Source of the DNA: Lama glama
Lineage: Eukaryota
Reading direction: 5' to 3'
Length of the DNA: 64,000 nucleotides
NCBI GenBank assembly: GCA_028534125.1
Contig: CM052817.1
Location: 105,960,001 to 106,024,000 of the forward strand
Part shown: positions 1 through 11,638 of the stretch, one piece after another
Layout: every line of letters starts with the position of its first letter
Numbering within the stretch: the first letter of the stretch is position 1
Translations under genes and position numbers: made by a program
The notes under the pieces: generated by a model
The model's input: the letters and a program-made list of their open reading frames with translations, nothing else
What the model was told of the DNA's origin: nothing
Databases searched by the model: none

Positions 1-135
1 GTTTTAACCTCATAGGAGTAAATCATATTAGTAACTAATATTTTAAAACATTTTCTTGAATTAGATTTATTTAAAATATCTCTTAACTCATTTAATAGGC
101 TGAATCTTCACTAAAATGATTATCATATTCTGTGA

Positions 136-1506
136 TTTTTTTTTTTGAAGTACAGCCAGTTTACAATGTTGTATCAATTTCAGGTATACAGCACCATGTT
201 TCAGTCATACATATACACACATGTATTCCTTTTCATATTCTTTTTCATTATAGGTTATTATAAGATATTGAGTATAGTTCTCTGTACTATACAGTATAAA
301 CTTGTTGTTTATCTATTTTATATATAGTAGTTAGTATCTGCTAATCCCAAACTCCCAATTTGTCCCTCCATACCCTCTTCCCCCTCTGATAACCGTAAGT
401 TTGTTTTCTATGTCTGTGAGTCTGTCTCTGTTTTGTAAATAAGTTTTTTTTTGTCTTTTTTTGTCTTTTTTTTTTTAAGATTCCACATATAAGTGGTATG
501 ATATGGTATTTTTCTTTCTCTTTCTGGCTTGCTTTACTTAGAATGACAATCTCCAGGTCCATCCATGTTGCTGCTAATGACAGTATTTTATTCTATTTAT
601 GGCTGAATAGTATTCCATTGTGTATATGTGTGTGTGTGTGTGTGTAGCACCGTTTTTTTTATCTAGTCATCTGTCAGTGGACATTTAGGCTGCTCCCATG
701 TCCTGGCTGTTGTAAGTAGCGCTGCTGTGAATACTGGGGTGGATGTATCTTTTCCATTTAGAGTTCTCTCTGGATATAGCCCCAGAAGTAGAATTGCTGG
801 ATCATATGGTAAGAATATTTTTAATTTTTTAGGGAATATTGGTACTTTTTTCCTTAGTGGCTTCACAAATTTACATTCCAACCAACAGTGTAGGAGGGTT
901 CCCTTTTCTCCATATCTTCTCCAGTTTTTACCATTTGTGGACTTTTGAATGATAGCCATTCCGACTGATGTGAAGTGATTGATACCTCATTGTCTTGATT
1001 TGCATTTCTCTGACAATAAGCAATAGTGAGCATTTTTTCATGTGCCTATTGACCATTTGTCTTCATTGGAGAAATGCTTGTTTGGGTCTTCTGTTCATCT
1101 TTGGAATGGGTTATTCGTTTCTTTGTTATTAACTTGTATGTACTATTTATATATTCTGGAGATTAAGTCCTTGTTAGTTGCATCATTTGCAACATTTTTT
1201 TCATTCCATAGGTTGTCTTTTTGTTTTGCTTGTGGTTTCCTTTGCTGTGCAAAAGATTGTAAGTTTAATTAGGTCCCATTAGTTTATTTTTGCTTTTATT
1301 TCTGTTGCCTGGGTAGACTGTCCTAGGAGGGCATTGCCAAGATTTACATCAGGAAATATTTTGCCTATTTCTTCTTCTAGGAGATTTATAGTGTCTTGAC
1401 TTATGTTTAAGTCTTCAAGCCATTTTGCATTTATTTCTGTGTATGCCGTGAGGGAGTGTTCTAACTTCACTGATTTACATGCAGCTGCCCGGCTTTCCCA
1501 ACACCT
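136..1506 (-). mobile_element. 5'-truncated LINE-1 (camelid/artiodactyl lineage): ORF2 C-terminal remnant, 3' UTR and poly(A)
   Basis: T-run at 136-146. Minus-strand ORF fragments carry L1 ORF2 C-terminal motifs ([36 protein letters not shown]). Probable TSD atattctgt at 125-133 and 1507-1515. Internal (TG)n at ~627-645. Confidence 0.95.
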
Positions 1507-1637
1507 ATATTCTGTAAATTTTTAATCCTTCCAAAACGTTCATGGTTTACTTTCAACACACATACACACATGTATACATATGATTTAACAGTTTATAGTC
1601 CAATTACTGTGCTAATATATCAACTTTTTAAATAGAC

Positions 1638-1950
1638 ACATCTAATGCTTTCTCTGTGTCAGACACTCTTCTAAATGCTTCACAAATATTAATTCATTTA
1701 TATCTCATACCAACTCTGATAACCACTGAACACACTTTACAGTGTTAAGCTGGTGTTAAGTAGAGTCATTGCTTTCAATAAAAGGCAAAAATCTAGATCA
1801 TGAAAAATATAATGGGCAATTGATTATTTTTTACATTATATGACACACTGTCTACAATACTGTAAATATATTAAATAGTTTAATCTTTATAATAACAACA
1901 TGAGGAAATGACAGAGATTAGCTTTGTATCCCAGGCTGCAAAACCATCTA
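1638..1950 (-). mobile_element. MIR SINE fragments (two pieces)
   Basis: Resemble the antisense MIR core: 'tgtgtcagacactcttctaaatgcttcacaaatattaattcatttatatctcatac' and 'tttaatctttataataacaacatgaggaaatgacagag'. Confidence 0.6.
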
Positions 1951-2624
1951 GGGATAAGGAGACAGTCAAGTACAACTAGAGAAGAAAAGAGGGACAGGAA
2001 AAGTTGGAGGAAGAGGAAGAGGAAGGAGATTTGAGGTAGTTTATAAAAATGCTTCTAATGCCAAATATTGAAAGATAAAATCAAGTTCACATGAAATGAT
2101 AACAACATAGATGATTTTGCTTTTTAACTACTCAACTTTACAGTTGATCACTTTTCCTTAGCTGTACTTAATAAAACGTAGATGCGTTCTTGCTAAACTT
2201 TATCATGAGATTGTCCATTTTCACTTAGCTTACCCCCTGCTTTTGTTTTTGCATTAAGTCCATAATTTAATATTCTTAAGAAGCCACTGCTCATTAGGCA
2301 TAGTGACAGCTCCAGTCATATTATATTATTCACATTATTGATTGTGAATCACATTATGTGAATTTTTACTTCCATCTTATAAATGGGAAAGATAAAGCTC
2401 TGATAAGTGAATTAACTAGTACACCTGAATTTTTATTGTTTAGGTTCATCTTGAGTCAAAACAAACTCTTTAGGATACCATAGTGCAAACCATATGCACG
2501 ACAAGATGTGTAGATAAAACTTAAATCTCTGTATAAAGTAGCTGTTGTGGGGTAGGGAGGACTCCTAAGATGTGTTGATAAATGGCCATTCGATTCTTGG
2601 CACACAGACATAATTTTGTGGTTC

Positions 2625-2840
2625 AGAAAAATAGAATTAAAAGAACTCCAGAGAGGTCATCTCTATGTGTCCTTCACCTTCCAAAGAGGCTCTAAACTAC
2701 CTCCATATGTCACTGTCCATCATGTTTCAAGACTCTACAGGGAAAGAGCAAGCACAATGTTTTTCAAATTGCTGTTTCATATTTTAACACCACTTACATT
2801 AAGAAAACATTTCTTTGTGGTTATTCCAAACTTCTCCCTC
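2625..2840 (+). mobile_element. L3/CR1 LINE 3' fragment, highly diverged
   Basis: 'gaactccagagaggtcatct...ctgtttcatattttaacaccacttacattaagaaaacatttc...ccaaacttctccc' resembles the CR1/L3 3' end. Confidence 0.5.
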
Positions 2841-3039
2841 TTTATCTTAAATCTCCTTTTCTTGTTTTGTTCTCAGACAATATGAAAAATAAATCTCTGA
2901 ACTGTGCTTTTTCGTGTGTAGGGTGTAGGGCAACAGGTTTGTTTGTTTGTTTGTTTGTTTTGATTAGGAAATTGGCCAGTTTATTTTTTATTGCATTGCA
3001 ATTCAGAATACATCATTATTTGCTTTCCTATTTAATAGA

Positions 3040-3650
3040 GTATTTTTTAAAACAAGTTTATTGTGGCATACTTTCTATACAGTAAACTACATATAAACTA
3101 CATATATTTCAGATGTACAATTTGATGAATTTTGATAGACGTATATACTGAAGAAACCACCACCATAATCAAGAAATACTTGAAAAATAAATGTATCCAC
3201 ATTTACACACAAAAATACTAGGATCAAAATTAGGCACTTAATGGATGGATTTTATAGCAGATTAGGCAGAGATAAATGGAAAATTAATACATTAGGGGAT
3301 AAAGCACACAACACTATCTAAACTGAAGCATAAATAGAAAATAAAACAGATTTGTCTTTAAAGCAAGTCCTAAAAATATCAAGGGACTGAAAGGCACACC
3401 AAGTATTTTTTGCTGTACACATTGTAATTAGCTGAAAATATTCATACAGTTGAACAATGAGAAGTAAACTTAGAGATACTGTGCATCAAAGAAAAACCTT
3501 AATAGAAGTAGGAAACGGTTTTTAACTGCAATGTTATTTTGAAGGAGTTAAAAAGAGAGTGCAATCCACACTTAATTTTTAAGACAACAGTATTTTACTA
3601 TGAAAACCTCGCAATGAGACTAGAAGAAAAGACAATTATAGATTACGATA
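3040..3650. mobile_element. Old L1M fragments (antisense 3' end ~3040-3175, sense ORF-derived pieces ~3200-3650)
   Basis: 'gtacaatttgatgaattttgatagacgtatatac...aaccaccaccataatcaaga' is typical of an L1MB/ME 3' UTR. A-rich L1-like sequence follows. Confidence 0.55.
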
Positions 3651-3652
3651 TA

Positions 3653-3880
3653 TCAGAGATCAGGAAATGCTTCCATAAAGGACCATAAAGTAAACATTTT
3701 AAACTTTCCAGGCTATATGGTGTCTGTTAAAACAATTCAGATTTACTGTTATATCATGAAAGTAGCCATGGACGATAGATAAACAAAAAGTGTGGCTATG
3801 TCGCAGTAGACTTCGTTTGTAAAAGCAGGTGGTTGTGGTGGGCTGGTTTACACCCACGTGCCCTACATTGATGACTCCTG
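3653..3880. mobile_element. MER58A-like hAT-Charlie MITE
   Basis: ~228 bp, colinear with the remembered MER58A consensus ('gtaaacattttaaactttccaggctatatggtgtctg...aagtagccatggacgata...gtggctatgtc...gactcctg'). Confidence 0.8.
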
Positions 3881-4080
3881 AACCTGAAGAAAACAATAGC
3901 CATCAATCACTATGAGGGAGATTGTAGAAAGAGCAGTTTATTAGGAATTCAGGTTTGAACATGCTGAGTCTGAGCTGTCCATTTAACGACTTAATAGAGC
4001 TATTGAGAATGCTTTTGGGTAAAATATTATGCAAGTCAGGAGAGGGGTCTCGCTGGATATATAAATTGGGAGTCATTAGT

Positions 4081-4166
4081 ATGGGACATTATGCTGTATG
4101 CCAGAAATTGACATCTTGTAACTAACTACACTTCAATTAAAAAAGAAAAAAAAAGAATAAAAAAAT
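4081..4166 (+). mobile_element. Very short young L1 3' terminus with A-rich tail
   Basis: 'gggacattatgctgtatgccagaaattgacatcttgtaactaactacacttcaat' plus A-run. The same terminus occurs at ~19898-19950. Confidence 0.85.
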
Positions 4167-4684
4167 AGAATATAGCAATATCCAAAAAAATTTTTAAGAA
4201 GTGATACAAAGCTGAGAAGTGTATGAGCAGCTAACCTGCTTCCCATTCAGTTTCCTTTCACCAAAGGAAAATAAAGAAGGAAAGTGACTTGGTCAAATCT
4301 CCTTATAATTATATTAATGAGAACCTTACTAATTAATAAATAAATGGTATTTGCTAGCAGAAGACTCCTTATCTTCCGAGTGCTTTTAAAAAGATGCATC
4401 TGATTTAAATTGCTTACAATACACCTATCAGATGAATTCATATGAGTGGCCTATGGAATATGTTATATAATGTATTTCATTATGTGAGTATAAAATAATT
4501 TAACTTCTTGATCAAAGTGACCCCCTTCTTTGGAAGTGACCTCAAGCACACCTATCACTCAGAGATCACTTGTTTTAATCTGAGCTCAGAGAAGGTCCAG
4601 GACGGAAAGCAATCACCTGTGGACCAGTGCTAATGGTTGTGGACCTCTCTTTACTTCAACTGTGCCTCAACTTTTACGAGTAAT

Positions 4685-4822
4685 TTGGGGGGGAAGGGGT
4701 AGATAGGTTTGTTTGTTTGTTTTCTTACTTATTTACTTATTAATGTTTGTGCCAGGGATTGAACCCATGACCCTGTGCATGCTAAGCACATGCTCTACCA
4801 CTGAGCTGTACCCTCTCCCTCC
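4685..4822 (-). mobile_element. tRNA-Ala-derived SINE (camelid vic-1 type)
   Basis: Reverse complement reads gggtacagctcagtggtagagcatgtgcttagcatgcacagggtcatgggttcaatccc (A and B boxes), followed by an AT-rich tail. Confidence 0.9.
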
Positions 4823-5049
4823 TAACGTTTTGAGCATTAAGACCATCAGCAGGCAGTCACTGTGGCCTGGATGGAGGTGGCTGGGCATTCAGGAATAGTT
4901 TGAAGAGTACGATGTGTCTTCCAGAATTATTTGCAAGTTTTTATTATCAAACATAAAATCTTAGTTAAATATCTTTTGTTTAGCAGAAGGAGGAGATGTG
5001 TTAAGCAAAGGGATACTGCTGCACAGCCAAACCATTATTTAATTTACTC

Positions 5050-5144
5050 TATTTTATTTATTTAATGGAAGTATTGGAAGTTGAACCCAGGGCCTTGTGC
5101 ATGCTAAGCATTCACTCTACCACCGAGCTGACCCCCTCTACCCC
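5050..5144 (-). mobile_element. tRNA-Ala-derived SINE (vic-1 type), short tail
   Basis: 'tggaagtattggaagttgaacccagggccttgtgcatgctaagcattcactctaccaccgagctg'. Confidence 0.88.
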
Positions 5145-6159
5145 AGTGAGTAATTTTTGATACTGGGTAATATTTCTGATTCATATGAGTGTGAGTTGAC
5201 AGCGTGATTCTGTGTGTTACATATAATGCCATTATATTGGGCCAGATGATCATCGGGGTGTGTTTACACAGAGAAGAGAGCCAAGAAATGACATCCTTCA
5301 GGCACACCAACAGTAAAAGTCTTATAGGTGGGAGGCGGACATGCAAAGAGGACTGATGGGAAACAATCAGTGAGGCAGGAGGACGTCCAAAAGTGTAGGA
5401 TAAGCTCGAAGCCAAGTAAAGAAAGCGTATCAAGGAGGAGAGAGTACTGACTGTGTCAAATGTGAGTCCGAGGTACTGAAATTTAGGGTGACACATAACG
5501 GACATCTGGGACCTTGGCAAGAGCAGTTCCATAACCAAGCAGGACCCTATCATCATTGGTGACCATCTGATATCTACAGTGGTGTTTGTAACTGCTTAAA
5601 TGCATAATGGCTTAAAGGGTTTTTCTCGTCCTCTTGCTGACCAAGAGCAAAGAAGACCAAGGACATTAGGAAGAGGATCCAAAACATTTTTTCTTAAGAT
5701 AGGAAAAATTAAAAACAAAATATATATATATAAATATATGTATATATATATATATTTCTATGTTGATTGAAATATCAGAGAAGTTTTAATGATGTAGAGA
5801 AGAGAGTAATGTTGGAGCAGTGTCTGAGTGAAAAAGACACGAGGGAATCAAAGATGTAGACTAAACAATGAGCATTAGATAAACAGAGTTCATTTCTTAC
5901 AAAGGGCAGAAAATTGTCTCAAATGAGTACGGATGATCATATGTGGGTAAATGTAGTGGGGAGAGTGTCCACGTTCTCTTCTGTGCTTCAGTTTTCCCAG
6001 TAAATTCAAAAGCATGTCCATTACATAAGAGTGTAGATGAAGTCAAGAATGTTGGAAGCTTCAGGAAAGAAAATAAAGTGTGAGATGATATCCTAGGACG
6101 TTAGCAGAATATATGAATTAGGTAAATATATATGGGAGCCCATGATTGTTTTAATAAAT

Positions 6160-6815
6160 TGTAACAGACCCCAGCCACTTGTGACCTTTAAGAAGAACGA
6201 ATGTGCTTAGTAACTACTTTGCTAACAGGCACCTGTGCATATGCACTCCTATCTCTTTGCAGTAAAAAGCAGAGACAATGTCTTGCTTACATAGTTGAGG
6301 TTTTAGCTTAGGGCTGCTTCCACAGTGGCAAAACCATTGTGTGTCCCTTGCTATAAACACAGGACATGGCTTTTTTTATCGTAAGCATATGTCCATAGTT
6401 CAGTGCAAAGTGACGACCATGCCCTCAGCTATAAATGCTGGGCAAGCTTTCTGCTATTTAGATAGTCTATAACCCCCAAGACAAGGAACTGGCTGGTCTG
6501 GTGCTCTGTTTTGTCATCAACTTCTTCTATCTGAAGAATTTCCCTTGTTCCCCTCTCCCCATGGCTGCCGTGAAGATAAATTAAACCTTTGTACTCACTG
6601 TGAATTTCATGATCTCTACCCGATCCTGTTTTTCCTTAAGCTCCTCCTCCTCCATGACACAATTGTTTGTGACCTTTTCTTTATGCACAATAAATATGGG
6701 AGTGTTGAAAGGCTCAAGGAGTTGGTTTCTGACTCCCTCTTGCTCTCTTGACTTTCCACAGAGTCTTGAGTAATTCATTCCATTTTGGTGGGACTTCTGC
6801 TGGACAGAACCCACA
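6160..6815 (+). mobile_element. Probable solo ERV LTR
   Basis: Begins TGTAAC and ends CCACA. TATA-like 'ctataaat' at ~6429 and AATAAA at ~6689. GC-richer than the flanks and interrupts L2. No clean TSD. Confidence 0.6.
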
Positions 6816-7839
6816 AATATAGCCCTGTTCTTTGGAAGTATTAAGAATCCAGTTTTTCTTTTTGATCATGCATTTAAATAGATGTGTGCATTTTCTTTAA
6901 TAACAAGAGTAGGATAAGGTTGTGAGCTAAAAGAAATCAGAGATGAATTTAACCATGGTTGTTGCTTTGCCAATTGTATGAAAAGGTGACCAGGTATCTA
7001 GAATTTGAGGGTCAATGCAAGGGAATAGCAATGACAGACCATGGAACTGATGTAGAGTGAGCAAGAAGAGTGCCTCTGGTGGTGAAGGAGCATGAAAGTG
7101 CGGGATGGCCAAGGATGTGGACGTCCTGGTTGAATTGACACTGAAACAAGCCTAGAAAGCTAGATAGTGGTTAGGGAGATATGCATGAAATTGTCACTAT
7201 ATAAGTCATTGCAATTATTAGCAACGATGACACCTCAGTGATGGTTTTGGTTTTGAGAGGAGGAATTTAAGGAACGTCATTCAAGTTGTTGGAAAAAGTA
7301 CCTACATGTATACTGCAATAGACAAGAACTAATACTGGAATGAGAGACAGTACTTTGAGTGGAAGGTCCGTTCATTTAGAAATTCCAGGAAATGATCAGG
7401 TTTTGATAGACAGGATGATACATGATAGATTACTCCCATGATAGGAGATTGGAGTTTTTAGATGTGGGCAGAAGGAAATTGATCTGAAAGGAGCAAAAAG
7501 TGGTAATTTTTTGTCAGATACAAAGACTACTCAAAGGAGAAATACAGGCTGTGGAAGTATTTGCTGATAATGGACGGTGGAATTCCGAAGGGATACAATA
7601 AAATACTTTATGTGGTAGATATGGTGAGAAACGAGAAAGAAATAAGGCATATACACACAAATCTGAAAAACAATGGAAACATCTTGTAGGACTACTTTTG
7701 GTGATAGGGTAGAGTGATTCACTTTATTAACCACTGCTGTTAATACAGATAGGTACACCTACTCTGTAAAAGAGCTAGATGCTGTCTGGGGATCTAGTAA
7801 GTTTGCGTGTATAAATAGAGTTATAGCAATTAGAGTGGT

Positions 7840-8430
7840 AGCAATTCCACTCCTAAGAATATGCCCTAGAGACATGCATGCATGTGTGTGCCAAGCGACG
7901 TGGAAAACCTATTCATAACAATGTTGTTTCTAATTACTCTAAACTAGAAAATTACCATGTGCCTATCAAAAGAAAGGATGAAACATTTGTGATGCTTATC
8001 ATAATAGAATTGGATACAGCAAATAAGAAGTAGAGATGGGCACTGCAAGGAACAACATGTATGAAACTGGCAGATATATATAATACAGAGTGAAAAAGCA
8101 AAAATGAAATAATATAATGTATATGATATCTCCTTACGTACTATTAAATCCTAGAAAAAACTGATCCATGCTATTTTGGGATACACTGATATTTGGCAAA
8201 TCTATGATTGAAAAAAAGAAAGTAATTGGCAAAAATGGTAGAATATTGGTTACCTGTGGGAACTCGTGCTGTAAATGTGATGATAGAACTGAGTGGCTTC
8301 TAGGGTGCAGAAAGTATTTCATTTCTGCACTTATTTGATAATTCCAAAGGTTTTTTTTTATCATGATTCTTTATAATGTGACTTGTATGTGCATTTTCTA
8401 TATGTGTAATATTTTATGATAAAATTAAAC
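7840..8430 (+). mobile_element. Old L1 (L1ME-like) ORF2 end and 3' UTR
   Basis: 'gcaattccactcctaagaatatgccctagaga', 'aactagaaaattaccatgtgcctatcaa' and 'aaactgatccatgct' follow the L1M 3' consensus order. Confidence 0.75.
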
Positions 8431-10114
8431 AAAGTTTTTTTTAACAAAATATTATTGAAATCAGAGGGTCAGTGTTTTCATTTGGTAGTTGTTTTTGAAT
8501 GTGACCCTGGGGATATTAATTAAAAGCTCCAAATCTTCATTTTCTCTTCTGAAAATGAGTAGATTAGAATTTGAAATCTCTTATGAATCCTTTGTCTCAT
8601 TTTCAACAACTTACTGTATATAATTTATAATGTTACTATATTTGTTTTACCCTCATATTTATTCCTTTGTTTATTCATCCATTCACTCAAGAAATATATA
8701 TTAGATCTCTTTTATTGAAAGAAATTATGTTAAGCACTGGATGCCAAGCAATGTATAAAATAAGTATAGTTTGGATATAGCAACATTTTTTAAATGTTTG
8801 CAATGATTAATGTCCTATATCTATTTTTGTCTTTGTATTATATTGTGCTATCATACCGAACATTTTTCATATTTTAAACTTTTTTGAAGTTTCTCTTCGA
8901 TTTATCCCTTTATTTATTCTACATCCCAGTGGATGGGAGAAGAAATATTGAAACAGCTGCAGTGTCTCAATTCCTTTATGTATACTGAGGCAAAAAGTTT
9001 TAACACAGGTGATTGAATTACTCTTTGGAGAACAGATAAAAATCTAATTGCCACTGAGTACATCCAAATGCAAAGCACTTTTCTTTAACCTATATAAAAC
9101 AGAAAAACCCAAACAAAACTGTAAAGTAACTTTTATTTTTTACCACCCACAATCCTTCATCATAGACGGTGGCCCTGGTGTTGATCAGTATGGCCACACA
9201 ACGTAGACTTGAGAGCTGAGTACAAGGTGGACTCATTTTATCTGCAAACACAGCATTGGCCTCTCTTGGTTAGATGGCTCAAGTTAGCAGAGTTCAGCCA
9301 TGGAGGGTGTATTCCACAGACAGAGAAACGTGCCATGGTAGGTAACTAAGTCTCTCAGGTTGTTTATTATTTTCCTTGGAGTATGTGTGGGGGGTGGGGC
9401 GGGGGGATGTCACAAGACAAGAAACTCAGGTATTTATCTTCAAGCACTCTGAAACATAATTTCCAAGTAACTTTACATTTTACATAATATAATAGATCAC
9501 AGAAAGTAAGCGTGTAGATGTGAAATGGAATTTAGAAACCATCAAACCACATCCTATTCTACAAATGAGTAAACTAAGCCCCAGAAAGGTCTTGTTCAAA
9601 TTTTAAGACATTTCTCAACAGTGCCAGAGAAAAAACCAGAATACTGAACTTGTTTAATTGTTTCTAAAGATTTAGCAGGATTCATTTGAATACAAACAAT
9701 GTGATAACTGCTTGATTCATATTTATTTATTAGAGGAAGTCCAGGAGGAATTATAATAGGAAAGAGTTTGCTAACAAAATTGCCAGACTGATTTTTTAAA
9801 AAAGCTTCTCCTTCAATTAAATTAATGAGGTTTTATTCTATGTTTATGACCAATCTTCAAGAGAAATTTGTGAATTGCCTCGTTTTAAAAATGGCTTGGG
9901 TTTTTAATGTCCTTTCTATGAAATTAGACCCTGAAATCATTCAAAGATGAAAAACTAAATTATATCCTTTATTTTACAGCAGGTGATGAATATTCCCTGA
10001 TCCAGAATGCTGATTTCTGGACAAGTAAATATACTCAAGATTTACTAAATGTAAGCTAAATACAAGCCATCCCCTTAGGCACTTATATGTTCTTCTTGCT
10101 CTTCTTCCTCTTCC

Positions 10115-10545
10115 TGTCTTCCAAAGTGGCTTTGCCATTTTACATTTCCACCAGCCGTGGATGTGAGTTCCCATTGCTCCACATCCTCGCTCCCATTTTC
10201 TGTTGTCAGTGTTGATTTGGGCCATTCTAATGCCTGTGTAATGGTCTCTCAGTGTTGTCTTAATTTGCATTTGTCTGATGACATATAATGTGGAGCATCT
10301 TTTCCTGTGCTGATTTCTACCCTATATGTCTTCTTCAGTGAGGTGTTTGTGAAGGTCTTTGGCCTGTTGTGTGATCAAGTTGTTTGTTTCCTTGTCAAGT
10401 TTTAAGAGTATGTTGTATGTTTTCAATAACCGTCCTTTACCATGTTTGTCTTTTGCAAATATTTTCTCCCACTCTGTGGCTTATCTTCTCATTCCCTTGA
10501 TACTGTCTTTTGAAGAGCAGTTTTTTCATTTTAATGAAGTCCAGC
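10115..10545 (-). mobile_element. L1M ORF2 3' fragment
   Basis: Minus ORF 9974-10270 begins MQIKTTLRDHYTGIRMA...GTHIHGWWKCKMAKPLWK, the L1 ORF2 C-terminal motif. Confidence 0.9.
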
Positions 10546-10659
10546 AAGATCACGTATTTTTCAATAGCAGTAACAGCAGTGTTGGTATAGGTGACACTGT
10601 TTGTCTTTATATATTCGCAGGTCCTGCAGGGGACAAAAGAGTTAGTAAGCTTTAGACAG

Positions 10660-10900
10660 CATTTATTTATTTAACAAATCCCAGTATTGTACTTGAGTTC
10701 CAGCTACTGTTCTAAATGCTTTAAAAGGCTCACTCATTCTTCTCCTCATAAAAACCAGCTGAGTATTGTCATGATCCCACTTCGTGGATGAGAATACTGC
10801 ATTGCAGAAGGTACCTAAGTGACTTGAACAAGTAGATGTGGGGTTGGCATGACTACCCAGGCAGACTGGCTGCAGTCTCTGTATTCTTAACCACTGCATC
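10660..10900 (-). mobile_element. Near full-length MIR SINE
   Basis: Antisense MIR: 'actgttctaaatgcttt...cccacttcgtggatgagaatactg...taagtgacttg...cccaggcagactggctgcagtctctgtattcttaaccactg'. Confidence 0.85.
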
Positions 10901-11138
10901 AAACACTGTGTCTTCTGTGTTACACATGATTTTTGGAAGCATTGCTTTCTGGTAATTACTTCATGATTGACTGACTCATTCCTTCTCTCTCCATCATTAG
11001 ATTTACACTGAATGCCAGCCTCATAAGTGTGATGCTTGAAATACCATCCCAAGTGATTCTTTATAGTTAATCTATGACTTTCCCAGAGAATAAAATGTTT
11101 TGAATTTTACAAAAGCAAGTTTTAGTAAAAAAAAAAAA

Positions 11139-11638
11139 NNNNNNNNNNNNNNNNNNNNNNNNNNNNNNNNNNNNNNNNNNNNNNNNNNNNNNNNNNNNNN
11201 NNNNNNNNNNNNNNNNNNNNNNNNNNNNNNNNNNNNNNNNNNNNNNNNNNNNNNNNNNNNNNNNNNNNNNNNNNNNNNNNNNNNNNNNNNNNNNNNNNNN
11301 NNNNNNNNNNNNNNNNNNNNNNNNNNNNNNNNNNNNNNNNNNNNNNNNNNNNNNNNNNNNNNNNNNNNNNNNNNNNNNNNNNNNNNNNNNNNNNNNNNNN
11401 NNNNNNNNNNNNNNNNNNNNNNNNNNNNNNNNNNNNNNNNNNNNNNNNNNNNNNNNNNNNNNNNNNNNNNNNNNNNNNNNNNNNNNNNNNNNNNNNNNNN
11501 NNNNNNNNNNNNNNNNNNNNNNNNNNNNNNNNNNNNNNNNNNNNNNNNNNNNNNNNNNNNNNNNNNNNNNNNNNNNNNNNNNNNNNNNNNNNNNNNNNNN
11601 NNNNNNNNNNNNNNNNNNNNNNNNNNNNNNNNNNNNNN
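11139..11638. other. Assembly gap (500 N)
   Basis: N-run preceded by an A-run. Confidence 1.

Larger units (their letters stand above)
3900..7500 (-). mobile_element. Fragmented L2 LINE (pieces ~3900-4080, ~5245-5530, ~5770-6150, ~6900-7500) interrupted by younger elements
   Basis: Antisense L2 signatures include 'tttgaacatgctgagtctgagctgtcc', 'gctggatatataaattgggagtcatta', 'actgtgtcaaatg' and 'gaccttggcaagagcagttcc'. The later pieces are more diverged. Confidence 0.6.

Noticed and set aside
341..1470. ORFs with real protein motifs (341-562, 663-959, 1279-1470)
   Set aside because: Frameshifted L1 ORF2 remnants, not host genes.
5104..5556. 150-aa minus-strand ORF
   Set aside because: Spans an L2 fragment and a SINE, with no recognisable host protein.
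9165..9345. Plus-strand exon-like segment (pyrimidine-rich catag acceptor, atg|gtaggt donor)
   Set aside because: Stop codons in all three frames and only moderate splice signals, with no independent support.
9970..10030. Possible 45-nt micro-exon (ttttacag|cagg...acaa|gtaaat)
   Set aside because: Weak donor and an unrecognised peptide (GDEYSLIQNADFWT), compatible with chance.
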